DNA from: Macrostomum lignano
Taxonomy: Eukaryota
Direction of reading: 5' to 3'
DNA: 64,000 bases
Assembly (NCBI GenBank): GCA_002269645.1
Contig: NIVC01000119.1
Span: forward strand, 353,585 to 417,584
Part shown: positions 12,918 to 23,732 of the stretch, in pieces
Layout: each line of letters opens with the position of its first letter
Position numbering within the stretch: position 1 is the first letter of the stretch
Notes under the pieces: generated by a model
Databases searched by the model: none
Seen by the model: only the letters and a program-made list of their open reading frames with translations
Told to the model about the DNA's origin: nothing
Program-made: the position numbers and the translations under genes

Positions 12918-13459
12918 TAACTTATTACATCCTATCATAGGCTTATTGACTTACGAGTAGATGTTCACGTAGCGGCTCAATAGAACTGTTACACCCAGTA
13001 CACAGGCCTCACAAGCACAGCAATGGTCTGTTTTCTGCTTTCGCTTTTTATTATGCTTAGCTAGATGCCACAAAAACTCGAGTTGACAGACGATAAATAC
13101 TTGCTGCATGTATTGTACAGTTTGTGCATAACACTGATGCATGTAATTATCTAATGCCTCTCCCAGACACAGTCTGCTGAGTTTAGCAGCGGCTACTCTA
13201 AACAAAAGTGCATCCAAACCTCTTGACTAAAAGTCGATAATCGCAAAATAGATCTTAAGCTCTTGAGAGATTGCATGAGATTGCTGCTGTAATCCCAGTG
13301 TAAAATGCAGCTCGTCTGACGGGGTACTAAGCTGGGATAAAGTATGCATTAAAGTCTGATAAAGTTTGTGATTTACAGCTGCAGACGCAGAGCTGCGTTT
13401 CATCACAGCATATTTTCTGTTTACATGTTGTTTCTGACACTTAAACTTAGGGGCAACTC

Positions 13460-14720
13460 TTGAAAATGGTTCAGGAGCAATTCTTGTAGATGCTTCAGTG
13501 GTGATTCTTGTGAATGGTTCAGGGAAGATTATTGTAGATGGTTCAGGGGTGATTCTTGTAGATGGTTCAGGGGTGATTATTGTAGATGGTTCAGGGGTGA
13601 TTCTTGTAGATGGTTCAGGGGTGATTATTGTAGATGGTTCAGGGAAGATTATTGTTGATGGTTCAGGGAAGATTATTGTAGATGGTTCAGGGAAGATTAT
13701 TGTAGATGCTTCAGGAGCGAATCTTGTAGATGGTTCAGGGGCGATTCTTGTAAATGGTTCAGGGAAGATTATTGTAGATGGTTCAGGGAAGATTATTGTA
13801 GCTGGTTCAGGGGTGAATCTTGTAGATGCTTCAGGGAAGATTTTTGTAGACACTGGTTCAAAGGTGATTCTTGTATATGGTTCAGGAGCGAATCTTGTAG
13901 ATGGTTCAGGGGCGATTCTTGAAGATGGTTCAGGAGCGATTCTTGTAGATGGTTCAGAGAAGATTATTGTGGATGGTTCAGGGGTGATTATTGTAGATGG
14001 TTCAGGGGTGATTATTGTGGATGGTTCAGGGGTGATTATTGTGGATGGTTCAGGGTGATTATTGTAGATGGTTCAGGGAACATTATTGTAGATGGTTCAG
14101 GGAACATTATTGTAGATGGTTCAGGGAACATTATTGTAGATGGTTCAGAGAAGATTATTGTAGATGGTCCAGGCCAGGAGCGAATCTTGTAGATGGTTCA
14201 GGGGCGATTCTTGAAGATGCTTCAGGGAAGATTATTGTAGATGGTTCAGGGGTGATTCTTGTAGATGGTTCAGGGGTGATTATTGTAGATGGTTCAGGAG
14301 CGATTCTTGTAAATGCTTCAGGAGCGAATCTTGTAGATGGTTCAGGGGCGATTCTTGAAGATGGTTCAGGAGCGATTCTTGTAAATGCTTCAGGAGCGAA
14401 TCTTGTAGATGGTTCAGGGGCGATTCTTGAAGATGGTTCAGGAGCGATTCTTGTAGATGGTTCAGAGAAGATTATTGTGGATGGTTCAGGGGTGATTATT
14501 GTAGTTGGTTCAGAGAAGATTATTGTAGATGGTTCAGGGAACATTATTGTAGATGGTTCAGGGGTGATTATTGTAGATGGTCCAGGCCAGGAGCGAATCT
14601 TGTAGATGGTTCAGGGGTGATTCTTGTAGATGGTTCAGGGGCGATTCTTTAAGATGGTTTAGGGGCGATTCTTGTAGATGGTTTAGGGCGATTCTCGCAG
14701 ATGGTTTTGGGGCGATTTTT
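13460..14720. repeat. 24-bp minisatellite (gatggttcaggggtgattattgta)
   Basis: Head-to-tail units; the unit length is a multiple of 3, giving the IIVDGSG/EPSTII pseudo-ORFs. Confidence 0.95.
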
Positions 14721-15369
14721 GAAGCAAACTTGACTCAGCAAGCAGTTTTCCCATTGCATGGCCACCTCTCATATCTAACTTTTCCGCTGATGCAAGAAAC
14801 ACATGGGGCCATATTGGCGGACCTGTTTTACTCTATTTTCAGCACGTCAATCAAACTGATACAAGACAAGACAGCACAAGACAAGGTACGCAAAGCACAC
14901 AGGCTGCAACGGGCAGGTAAAAGATTAACCGTACCTGAAGAAACCACTTGATAGAACCTCAAGCAAGCAAGAGAGTGGCTGCCTTTTTGGCGTAGCTATA
15001 CCTAATCCCAAGAGAAATATGCACCCCAAACTAGTCGAGGAGGCCGAAAGCCGAACCCATCATCAGCACCTGGTTGTACTTTTCATAAAAAATTTGGTTT
15101 CGTAAAAAATTTTTTCATCGAACATTTTCTGTCTAGAAATACGATTTGGTCGTCTATGAATTTCGGAATCTTTTCTAAAAGCCATTTTTCTGCACTCTCT
15201 ACCCAAGATCGGAAGCTTAGATAGCCTGCAGACACGCTAAGATAAAATAATACTAAATCTATTCCCAGGAAATTTTGTTTGGATTTATCGGGTCAACGCT
15301 GAACAATGCATAATCTGTGAAAGATTTTTCGAAAAATTAAAGTAGAAGGTGCAGCTAGCTTTTCTTTTG

Positions 15370-15560
15370 CCTGTTAGACAGGAGCTGTACCTGCTATACA
15401 AGAGCTGTGTCTGTTAGACAGGAGCTGTACCTGTTAGACAAGAGCTGTGTCTGTTAGACAGGAGCTGTACCTGTTAGACAGGAGCTGTACCTGCTAGACA
15501 AGAGCTGTGTCTGTTAGACAGGAGCTGTGTCTGTTAGACAGGAGCTATATGCCTGTTAGA
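15370..15560. repeat. 20-bp minisatellite (tgttagacaggagctgtacc)
   Basis: About 9 units. Confidence 0.9.
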
Positions 15561-16029
15561 TTGGAGATATTCAGTTTAGTCAGCAAGTTTCTTACTAATA
15601 AAACAAGAAAAAGTAAGTTAACCAAAAAGCTACTTGCAGTAGTAACAATTGTCTATGCAAACGCGCACGCATACAATAATGCTGAATAGAAAAAAAAGCA
15701 AAATACTATAATAATTGCTTGCGTTTTATTTTGTTCGTTTTTAACTATTTTTCAGTTTGATGAGCTCAGATAAAAATAATAAAAGAAAAACTGGCCAGTG
15801 ATAGTATGCTATTAACAAGTATCAGTAGTAGTAATCAGGAAAACTTTGTAAATTGTATCTAAATTGTTAAAAACGCTTGCTAAGTTAATACAAAGTTTGG
15901 ATAGTTTCACACGCGCGCAACAACACAGAGTGAAGAAAAAATCACCGAAAAATAGCAGTCGAGACACAAATGCTTTTTTATTACTTATTATCTTGGTTAT
16001 TATTGTCATCTCTAATATTACTATTAGAG

Positions 16030-17520
16030 ACAATGAGAGTCAGTGGGAGAGATAAGGACAGTCAGTTGGAGAGATGATGAGAGTCAGTTGGAGATATGAT
16101 GAGAGTCAGTGGAGAGATGATGAGAGTCAGTTGGAGAGATGATGAGAGTCAGTGGAGAGATGATGAGAGTCAGTTGGAGAGATAAGGACAGTCAGTGGAG
16201 AGATGATGAGAGTCAGTTGGAGAGATGATGAGAGTCAGTTGGAGAGATGATGAGAGTCAGTTGGAGAGATAAGGACAGTCAGTGGAGAGATGATGAGAGT
16301 CAGTTGGAGAGATAAGGACAGTCAGTGGAGAGATGATGAGAGTCAGTTGGAGAGATGATGAGAGTCAGTTGGAGAGATGATGAGAGTCAGTGGAGAGATG
16401 ATGAGAGTCAGTTGGAGAGATGATGAGAGTCAGTTGGAGAGATGATGAGAGTCAGTGGAGAGATGATGAGAGTCAGTGGAGAGATGATGAGAGTCAGTTG
16501 GAGAGATGATGAGAGTCAGTGGAGAGATGATGAGAGTCAGTTGGAGAGATAAGGACAGTCAGTGGAGAGATGATGAGAGTCAGTTGGAGAGATGATGAGA
16601 GTCAGTTGGAGAGATGATGAGAGTCAGTGGAGAGATGATGAGAGTCAGTGGAGAGATGATGAGAGTCAGTGGAGAAATGATGAGAGTCAGTGGAGAAATG
16701 ATGAGAGTCAGTGGAGAGATGATGAGAGTCAGTTGGAGAGATGATGAGAGTCAGTTGGAGAGATGATGAGAGTCAGTTGGAGAGATGAGAGAATCAGTGG
16801 AGAGATGAGGAGAGTCAGTGGAGAGATGAGGAGAGTCAGTGGAGAGATGAGGAGAGTCAGTTGGAGAGATGATGAGAGTCAGTTGGAGAGATGATGAGAG
16901 TCAGTTGGAGAGATGATGAGAGTCAGTTGGAGAGATGATGAGAGTCAGTTGGAGAAATGATGAGAGTCAGTTGGAGAGATGATGAGAGTCAGTTGGAGAG
17001 ATGATGAGAGTCAGTTGGAGAGATGATGAGAGTCAGTTGGAGAGATGATGAGAGTCAGTTGGAGAGATGATGAGAGTCAGTTGGAGAGATGATGAGAGTC
17101 AGTTGGAGAGATGATGAGAGTCAGTTGGAGAGATGATGAGAGTCAGTGGAGAGATGATGAGAGTCAGTGGAGAGATGATGAGAGTCAGTTGGAGAGATGA
17201 TGAGAGTCAGTTGGAGAGATGATGAGAGTCAGTTGGAGAGATGATGAGAGTCAGTTGGAGAGATGATGAGAGTCAGTTGGAGAGATGATGAGAGTCAGTT
17301 GGAGAGATGATGAGAGTCAGTTGGAGAAATGATGAGAGTCAGTTGGAGAGATGATGAGAGTCAGTTGGAGAGATGATGAGAGTCAGTTGGAGAGATGATG
17401 AGAGTCAGTTGGAGAGATGATGAGAGTCAGTTGGAGAGATGATGAGAGTCAGTTGGAGAAATGATGAGAGTCAGTGGGAGACGATGAGAGTCAGTGGGAG
17501 AGACAACGAGAGTCAGTGGG
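16030..17520. repeat. 21/22-bp minisatellite (gagagatgatgagagtcagt[t]g)
   Basis: Head-to-tail units. Confidence 0.96.
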
Positions 17521-17567
17521 AGAGTCACAGTGAGAGTCACTGGTCAGGTCACACAAGTCACAAGCAG

Positions 17568-17828
17568 TCAGTACATCCTGGCATCAGCTTTAGACGAGCC
17601 CGTGGCCAATTCGCTCGATAGCACCGTGTCGGGCTGGGTGAGGGCCCGAACCTGCAGCATGCGAAACGGCCGCCGGTCTAGCGGACAGATCCGCGTGCCA
17701 GCAGCCCAGCTGCGAAGGCAGGGCGGGCAGAAGCGATGGTGCGGACAGCAGTCAGGGGTGGCCACTTGACTTGGCAGAGAGTTCAAGCACATCGGGCACT
17801 CCTCCGAACCGTCTGCGTTGAACAGTCT
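17568..17828 (-). CDS. 3xPHD-RING protein, exon 3 (PHRF1/SCAF11-type RING finger)
   Basis: Acceptor cactaacAG|AGA (phase 0, matching the upstream donor). Encodes EECPMCLNSLPSQVATPDCCPHHRFCPPCLRSWAAGTRICPLDRRPF (ends C-x2-D); stop at 17568-17570. Further exons cannot be excluded. Confidence 0.8.
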   Translation of the reverse strand, partial: RLFNADGSEECPMCLNSLPSQVATPDCCPHHRFCPPCLRSWAAGTRICPLDRRPFRMLQVRALTQPDTVLSSELATGSSKADARMY

Positions 17829-17891
17829 CTGTTAGTGATGGCGTTTGAAGAGGCTGCAGAGTCAGCACCCACTAAGAAATTACAAATCCCC

Positions 17892-18350
17892 GTGTACATC
17901 ACCCAAACACTCGACCCAACAATGTACATCACCCAAACCCCCACTCCAACAATGTACATCACCTAAAAACCCACCCTAACAACATGCATCACCGAAACAC
18001 CCACCCCAACAATGTACATCACCCAAACACTCACCCCAACAATGTACATCACCCAAACACCCACCCCAACAATGTACATCACCCAAACACTCACCCCAAC
18101 AATGTACATCACCCAAACACCCACCCCAACAATGTACATCACCCAAACACCCACCCCCAACAATGTACATCACCCAAACACCCACCCCAACGATGTTCAT
18201 CACCGAAACACCCACTCAAACAATGTACATAAAGAAACCCCATCCCCACAATGTAGATCCCCAAAACACCCACTCCAACCATGTACAACATCAAAACTGC
18301 CACCTCAAAAATGTACATCACCAAAACCCACCCTAACAATGTGCACAACC
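17892..18350. repeat. 30-bp intronic minisatellite (aatgtacatcacccaaacacccaccccaac)
   Basis: Head-to-tail units between exons 2 and 3. Confidence 0.93.
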
Positions 18351-18394
18351 AGTAGTAAATCAAATCACCCCCAAACCGCCAAGCAGACTCTTAC

Positions 18395-18791
18395 ATCATC
18401 AGCGCCAGCAGGCGTGGACACGGTGGCCCCAGACTGACACAGTCGGCACCTAGGCGGACTCGGGAACACATCGGCGGAGCACTCCGGATCGTCGTGACAA
18501 GCCAGCTGACAGGTCGGGCACTGCACCACAGACTTCTCCGACGGACTAAGTTGGCCTTCGCAGGCTACGCAAGTCACTGGACTGTCCGACAGATTGTCGT
18601 CAGAGTCTATGACGATAACCAATTTGCTAGAACTTACCAAGTTCGGCAACAGATGACCCCTGGCGGGCTTCGACTTGGCAAGCAGTTTGGCTTTTTTCTT
18701 TTTCAGCGATGTTTTTAATTTGCTCAGCTTCTCTCTGGGCTCTTCGTCTTCCGATTCTTGATAGCCGGAATCTGCGCCAGCGCCAGCGGTG
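18395..18791 (-). CDS. 3xPHD-RING protein, exon 2 (acidic/basic linker, SIM-like VIVIDSDD, PHD 3)
   Basis: Acceptor tttattcccctttccaAG|C (phase 2) and donor GAT|GTAAGA (phase 0); 397 nt open. Contains CVAC-x13-CPTC-x4-H-x4-C-x10-CRLC. Confidence 0.8.
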
Positions 18792-19021
18792 CTTGGAAAG
18801 GGGAATAAATGGGATCATATCAGCTGACGCCCCTTGATACTATTATGACACTAAACTTAATTTATTAACTTTGTACTTGGGTGGAAATTATATACAGACC
18901 CTAAAAATGAATTTCAGCTTCGGAAGAAAGTATTCAATATTCTGAATTTAGCATTACAGAATATCGGTCGACCTGCATATAAAGCCTAATTTACAGATTC
19001 TGAACCTAGTAGTACAGACAC

Positions 19022-19712
19022 AAAACCCTGTAATTCATACCCTAAACCCTGTAAACCCTAAACCCTGTAATTCATACCCTTAATCCTGTACTTCATACCC
19101 TTAATCCTGTAATTCATACCCTTAATCCTGTACTTCATACCCTTAATCCTGTAATTCATACCCTTAATCCTGTAATTCATACCCTAAACCCTGTAATTCA
19201 TACCCTAAACCTTGTAATTCATACCCTTAATCCTGTACTTCATACCCTTAATCCTGTACTTCATACCCTTAATCCTGTACTTCATACCCTTAATCCTGTA
19301 CTTCATACCCTTAATCCTGTAATTCAGACCCTAAACCTTGTAATTCATACCCTTAATCCTGTACTTCATACCCTTAATCCTGTACTTCATACCCTTAATC
19401 CTGTAATTCAGACCCTAAACCTTGTAATTCATACCCTTAATCCTGTAATTCAGACCCTAAACCTTGTAATTCATACCCTTAATCCTGTACTTCATACCCT
19501 TAATCCTGTAATTCAGACCCTAAACCTTGTAATTCATACCCTTAATCCTGTACTTCATACCCTTAATCCTGTACTTCATACCCTTAATCCTGTACTTCAT
19601 ACCCTTAATCCTGTACTTCATACCCTTAATCCTATATTTCATACCCTACACTGTGTAATTCATACCCTAAACCCTGTAATTCAGACCCTAAACCCTGTAA
19701 TTCAGACCCTAA
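19022..19712. repeat. 21-bp intronic minisatellite with telomere-like CCCTAAACCCT core
   Basis: Units ccctaaaccctgtaattcata / cccttaatcctgtacttcata. Confidence 0.93.
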
Positions 19713-19786
19713 ACGCTTGAACTATACTTTAAAAAGAATGGCAATCTTATGCCTAGACGACAAGACGACTTTGATATTAAGCATAC

Positions 19787-20499
19787 CTGGTAGCAGCTCG
19801 AGTAGACGATCGTTTCAACGTTGGCTTCAACGTTGCGGAACCGAAAGTTGCACTTGAACCATCGGAATTCAATTTTGATGAGCCGCCGGAAGTTGCTTCA
19901 GCATTGCCAAAGCCCTTAGGAAATTTCCAACCGGAACTAGACGATCTAGCCGCGTTACTTTTTTGATTAGTAGTACTAGTTTTAGTAGTCACGTGACTAG
20001 CGCATAACTTGCAGAATGGTGGCATAGTGGAATCTTGAAACAACTGGCGATAACTTGCAGCCCTAGCATCGGTGTTCACAATGCAATGCCGATGAACGCC
20101 CAGCAGACACGACGGGCACTGGGTGAACTGTTCGGCAGAGGACAGCACAGGCCTCTCGCATACTAAACAGCTGCAGGTCTCAGAATTATCAGAATTATTA
20201 CTGCCGCTGTCATCACACTTCTGACACGCGGAATTTTGGCTGCAAAACCGGCAAACGCTGGATGAGGATGAACTGGCAGCCCCAACCTTGGCGATCAGCG
20301 AGGCAGGAAAGAGTCTAGCTGAGCAGTCGAGATGAGCTGACAGCAGGCAGACAGAGCAGCGGTGATAGTTGCCTACAGATTTTGGAATTATAAAACCGCA
20401 CTCAGCGCAGTCCAAATCGCTGCTCGAGCTGGGCAACTGCTGCTTCTGCTTCATCAGCTGGAAAGCAGCAATTTTTACTGTGATATTCATTGGTATCAT
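19787..20499 (-). CDS. 3xPHD-RING protein, exon 1 (PHD 1 and PHD 2)
   Basis: Two C4HC3 patterns: CAEC-x13-CSVC-x4-H-x2-C...CRFC and CLVC-x13-CPSC-x4-H-x2-C...CKLC. Donor AG|GTATGC (phase 2). ATG lies 2 nt after a ttttaactttatAG acceptor. Confidence 0.82.
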
Positions 20500-20567
20500 T
20501 TCTATAAAGTTAAAAGCTTATCTTATGAGTATTAGGAGGGGACAGCTCTATCGGAAGAATTAAGACC

Positions 20568-21197
20568 ACTGAGGATCTGGAAGGCTGGCCCAGCAACTGA
20601 GGATCTGGGAGGCGGGCCCAGCAACTGGGGATCTGGGAGGCTGGCCCAGCAACTGAGGATCTGAGATGCTGGCCCAGCAACTGAGGATCTGAGAGGCTGG
20701 CCCAGCAACTGAGGATCTGGGAGGCTGGCCCAGCAACTGAGGATCTGGGAGGCTGGCCCAGCAACTGGGGATCTGCGAGGCTGGCCCAGCAACTGACACT
20801 CTGGGAGGCTGGCCCAGCAACTGGGGATCTGCGAGGCTGGCCCAGCAACTGGGGATCTGGGAGGCTGGCCCAGCAACTGAGGATCTGGGAGGCTGGCCCA
20901 GCAACTGAGGATCTGGGAGGCTGGCCCAGCAACTGAGGATCTGGGAGGCTGGCCCAGCAACTGAGGATCTGGGAGGCTGGCCTAGCAACTGAGGATCTGG
21001 GAGGCTGGCCTAGCAACTGAGGATCTGGGAGGCTGGCCCAGAAACTGAGGATCTGGGAGGCTGGCCCAGCAACTGAGGATCTGGGAGGCTGACCCAGCAA
21101 CTGAGGATGTGAGAGGCTGGCCCAGCAACTGAGGATCTGGGAGGCTGGCCCAGCAACTGAGGATCTGGGAGGCTGGTCCAGCAACTGAGGATCTAGA
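20568..21197. repeat. 28-bp minisatellite (ggaggctggcccagcaactgaggatctg)
   Basis: About 22 units between TMEM222 and the PHD-RING ORF. Confidence 0.96.
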
Positions 21198-21350
21198 GTA
21201 AGCAAACAAGAAAAATTACAAAACAATCAATCGGACTTTTAGAAGACAAAAATAAAAATTTCTAGAGAGCTCTTATATTAATTATTAACAATCAACAAAA
21301 GGTTTGATAACACTGTAACGTGCACATTGTGGTCAGTTTTAAAATTCAAG

Positions 21351-21435
21351 TCATTGCCTCAGAAATGTGCTGAAACAGATTACAACGATCGCCAGAATGC
21401 AGAACGGCAGCCAGGTGTGAACTAGTCGAGCCCAA
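21351..21435 (-). CDS. TMEM222: TMEM222 exon 4 (last)
   Basis: Acceptor aaattttAG|T; encodes (S)WARLVHTWLPFCILAIVVICFSTFLRQ*, matching the TMEM222 C-terminal TWLPF + hydrophobic tail. Confidence 0.92.
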
Positions 21436-21508
21436 CTAAAATTTGGCGGTCATAAATAAATTAAAGTACATCTTAGAAAGCATTATAAATAGAAAACATT
21501 AAACATAC

Positions 21509-21639
21509 CTTACATATCTGCTATGCAGAGTGAACACAAAGAATAATTTAACCATATTCCAGGACCGACAATTGTTGTAGTGCATGAGATTCAGCGCCAA
21601 GGCTGCATGACTGTGACAGTTGTCGCATAGTAGATTATG
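21509..21639 (-). CDS. TMEM222: TMEM222 exon 3
   Basis: Encodes HNLLCDNCHSHAALALNLMHYNNCRSWNMVKLFFVFTLHSRYV (family motif HNLCCDNCHSHVA...WNMV); AG/GT flanks, phases match. Confidence 0.95.
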
Positions 21640-21899
21640 CTGCGGGATTAACGTATTTTCAATGCTTTTTGAGCTGCGGTAAACGGCAAGGGTAACTATG
21701 ACTTGCTTTCAGATAACTAAATACCTAAATAGTCCTAATTGTACGGTATAAAATTATTAGGGAAACCCCGAATCCCCAAAATCCCACTAGGCACGTCCAC
21801 ATTGGACGTAGTAAAATGCAATCAATGAAATCCTTTATGCAGCAAAATCCAATGCAACAATTAAAATCCCGCATAATTTAGCAGTCTCAGCAAAATTCC

Positions 21900-22790
21900 C
21901 CTTCAGCATCATTCCCTCTCAGTATCATTCCCTCTCAGCAGTCAGCATCATTCCCTCTCAGCATCATTCCCTTTCAGCATCATTCTCTCTCAACATCATT
22001 CCCTCTCAGCATAATTCCCTCTCAGCATCATTCCCTCTCAGCATCATTCCCTCTCAGCATCATTCCCCCTCAGCATCATTCCCTCTCAGCATCATTCTCT
22101 CTCAGCATCACTCCCTCCCAGCATCACTCCCTCCCAGCATCACTCCCTTCCCACTTCACTCTTCCAGCATCACTCCCTCCCAGCATCACTCCCTCCCAGC
22201 ATCACTCCCTCCCAGCATCACTCACTCTCAGCATCACTCCCTCCCAGCATCACTCCCTCCCAGCATCACTCCCTTCCCACTTCACTCTTCCAGCATCACT
22301 CCCTTCCCACTTCACTCTTCCAGCATCACTCCCTCCCAGCATCACTCCCTTCCCACTTCACTCTTCCAGCATCACTCCCTCCCAGCATCACTCCCTCCCA
22401 GCATCACTCCCTCCCAGCATCACTCCCTCCCAGCATCACTCACTCTCAGCATCACTCCCTCCCAGCATCACTCCCTCCCAGCATCACTCACTCTCAGCAT
22501 CACTCCCTCCCAGCATCACTCACTCTCAGCATCACTCCCTCCCAGCATCACTCCCTCCCAGCATCACTCACTCTCAGCATCACTCCCTCCCAGCATCACT
22601 CCCTCCCAGCATCACTCCCTTCCCACTTCACTCTTCCAGCATCACTCCCTCCCAGCATCACTCCCTTCCCACTTCACTCTTCCAGCATCACTCCCTCCCA
22701 GCATCACTCCCTCCCAGCATCACTCCCTCCCAGCATCACTCCCTCCCAGCATCACTCCCTTCCCACTTCACTCTTCAAGCATCATTCCGC
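21900..22790. repeat. 16-bp intronic minisatellite (agcatcactccctccc) with a 30-bp variant
   Basis: Head-to-tail units in TMEM222 intron 2. Confidence 0.95.
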
Positions 22791-22890
22791 CTCGACATTG
22801 TTCTACCAGCAGCAGCCTCTCTCATTAAAATCTCCAGTCCTATTTTATTTGTAATCTTCACAATCCAGAGCAGCAATAAGGAAAACCTAC

Positions 22891-23113
22891 CATGCGCCCT
22901 CTATAAACATCGCAAGCGCCATTCACGGCGCTGTCCCAGTCAAGTGCGGCACCATTAGAATCAGTTTGCACCAGTGCCGGACTCAATTGCCACAGTTTAG
23001 CTGGCCATCCAAATGCCATTTCATCTTCGCCAATGGTGTAGGGTCCGGCAAAATCGCGAACCACTCCAGCGCTAGTGCAGATGCCCATGTGACCAATAAG
23101 TGGAATGAGCCAA
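22891..23113 (-). CDS. TMEM222: TMEM222 exon 2
   Basis: Encodes WLIPLIGHMGICTSAGVVRDFAGPYTIGEDEMAFGWPAK...YRGRM; acceptor attttAG|T, donor ATG|GTAGGT. Confidence 0.95.
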
Positions 23114-23732
23114 CTAAAATTATTGATTTAGTTTCCAAAACTATACTCTAGAATGAAGACAAGAATTCAAAGAGAGTTTAGATATGTCAACAAAAGACAT
23201 TATTAAGTTATGATTATACTGATCTACGAAAGAATGTTAAGTACCCTAATTTACTCTAGATTGCTATAATTTTTTAAATGCATTGGGATTAATTCTTAGT
23301 TGTTTGAGATAAGATTCCTTTTGTGCAAAATTTATTATATAAACTTTTTTTAATCTTCTTATTTTTTTCAAATTTGACTTCCTTAGTAGCTAATCTAAAT
23401 GAAAAGAAAAAGATGCTTTTTTAAAAGCCAAATTGCTTTTTATTAATAGGAAAGTTTATCCTAAAATATCTTAAACTTACATATTATTTCCAATTTCTAC
23501 AACTGAAACTATCAATAGTAGAACAAAAATTGCTTTATCCTTTTAGCAAATGTAGCTGGTATGGCTACTATAAATTATGGTAGGCCAAAGATGTTATAAA
23601 GTGACTAGGACTATTTTTATTGATTTCTAAAAAGTTTACTTTTTTATAAAAATTAATGATAAATTTAAGGTTATTTAATTTGTTTTTATATAAAATACAA
23701 TATTAAGGAAAAAAATTATAAAAATTGAATTG

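Noticed and set aside
13227-14951. EPSTII / IIVDGSG repeat-protein ORFs (mucin- or adhesin-like)
   Set aside because: A 24-bp array open on both strands because the unit length is divisible by 3; no signal peptide or splice support.
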